Assembly (NCBI GenBank): GCA_008632985.1
Contig: QPGO01000041.1
Location: 186,001-250,000, forward strand
Origin: Psammoneis japonica
Lineage: Eukaryota
Length of the DNA stretch: 64,000 bases
Direction: 5' to 3'
A program made the position numbers and the translations under genes. This document shows, one piece after another, positions 63,135 through 64,000 of this stretch (its first letter is position 1; each line of letters begins with the position of its first letter). The notes under the pieces were generated by a model that saw nothing but the letters and a program-made list of their open reading frames with translations, made no database searches and had not been told where the DNA came from.

Positions 63135-64000
63135 ATGACATCTCCTCTTTTGTCCCAAGATAACACGCCAATGAGCAACAGTCGAAAGAAGCGGTTACGT
63201 GAGGAAATGGATGATTTGCAGGAAGAACGCCGACTAACGGCACTCTTGTTTGGAACAGCGTCGGAACCACCTGCTGATCGACTAGCGGAGCAAGAAGAAG
63301 AAGAAGAGGATGATACGCCTATTCATGAAAAATCTGACGAACAATTGTTCCAAATTGATGATGGATTGATGATGAAGTTGAAGAAGAGGTACACGAAAAC
63401 GAAAACGAAGATCATACAGAAATTGTCGAGAAAAGTAATACCTCAACAACAGCAGCCGCTTGGGTCGATGACGACGATGACAAGCAGCATGGTTTATTAG
63501 AGGTGGATCTCATGAACGGTCCGAGTCGTATTCGTAAGTTGCGTAAATTCAAAAACGAAACCACACCCCTCCAGGGAAACGAGTATGAAGAACGGTTACG
63601 TGATTTGTACGAAAAGACAACGTCACGGACGGCTAACACATCTTGGGCCAAAGTTGTTGTTCCGTCCACAACAACGACAGCTCCTGTAGCAGCAGCAACG
63701 ACAAAATCCATGCTGGCGTCGTATTCTACCAAACTCAAACCAAACTTACTGTCCGTCTTGCGATGTCCCGATGCCAATCAGTTGGATCCCAATTCGTCCG
63801 TGGTGCAAGCGGTACACTTTCATCCAGCGTCGGACGTGGAAGAACCGCTCTTGCTTACGGCGGGTCTCGATAAGACGTTGCGCTTTTTCAAAATTCATCC
63901 AAATGGACAACACGAGAAAATACATGGAATTCATTGTACGTAATAACTACAAATCATGGATAGAACAGTAGTGTGAACTGTGAGGGATCTCACGTACTGT
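63135..64000 (+). CDS. UTP18: U3 snoRNA-associated protein 18 homolog, N-terminal part; apparent frameshift near 63365; intron starts near 63936; runs off the window
   Basis: EERRLTALLFG, AWVDDDD, RIRKLRK, EYEERLR, DAN..P, V.FHP, LLLTAGLDKTLRFF. Confidence 0.85.

Overview
Eukaryotic nuclear DNA, most likely a diatom: GT-AG introns, an 'SAFSP' bipartite plastid-targeting motif, and diatom-style Copia and Gypsy elements. About half the window is ordinary genes: an AAA-ATPase-like protein, two O-fucosyltransferase paralogs, two sulfotransferase-like genes, a PsbP-domain protein, two reprolysin-like metalloproteases, a RING/RCR-FBA ligase, an HMG-box protein, TPR-prefoldin copies, a secreted protein and UTP18. 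The other half is sharply bounded blocks (about 2.9-11.9, 20.4-25.2, 32.7-45.0, 49.3-51.1 and 56.4-61.4 kb) almost devoid of the dinucleotide TA. These blocks hold a full-length Copia LTR element, a Gypsy relic and dead copies of host genes. Internal copy pairs (two LTRs, a 550-bp tandem duplicate, gene versus pseudogene) show TpA converted to TpG/CpA on both strands. The change occurred after insertion and is partly independent of CpG decay. This looks like a domain-targeted A:T->G:C hypermutation system running opposite to fungal RIP, and it is the main finding. Several ordinary genes carry 1-bp frameshifts, so the assembly may be unpolished and a base-calling artefact must be excluded. All counts are manual.
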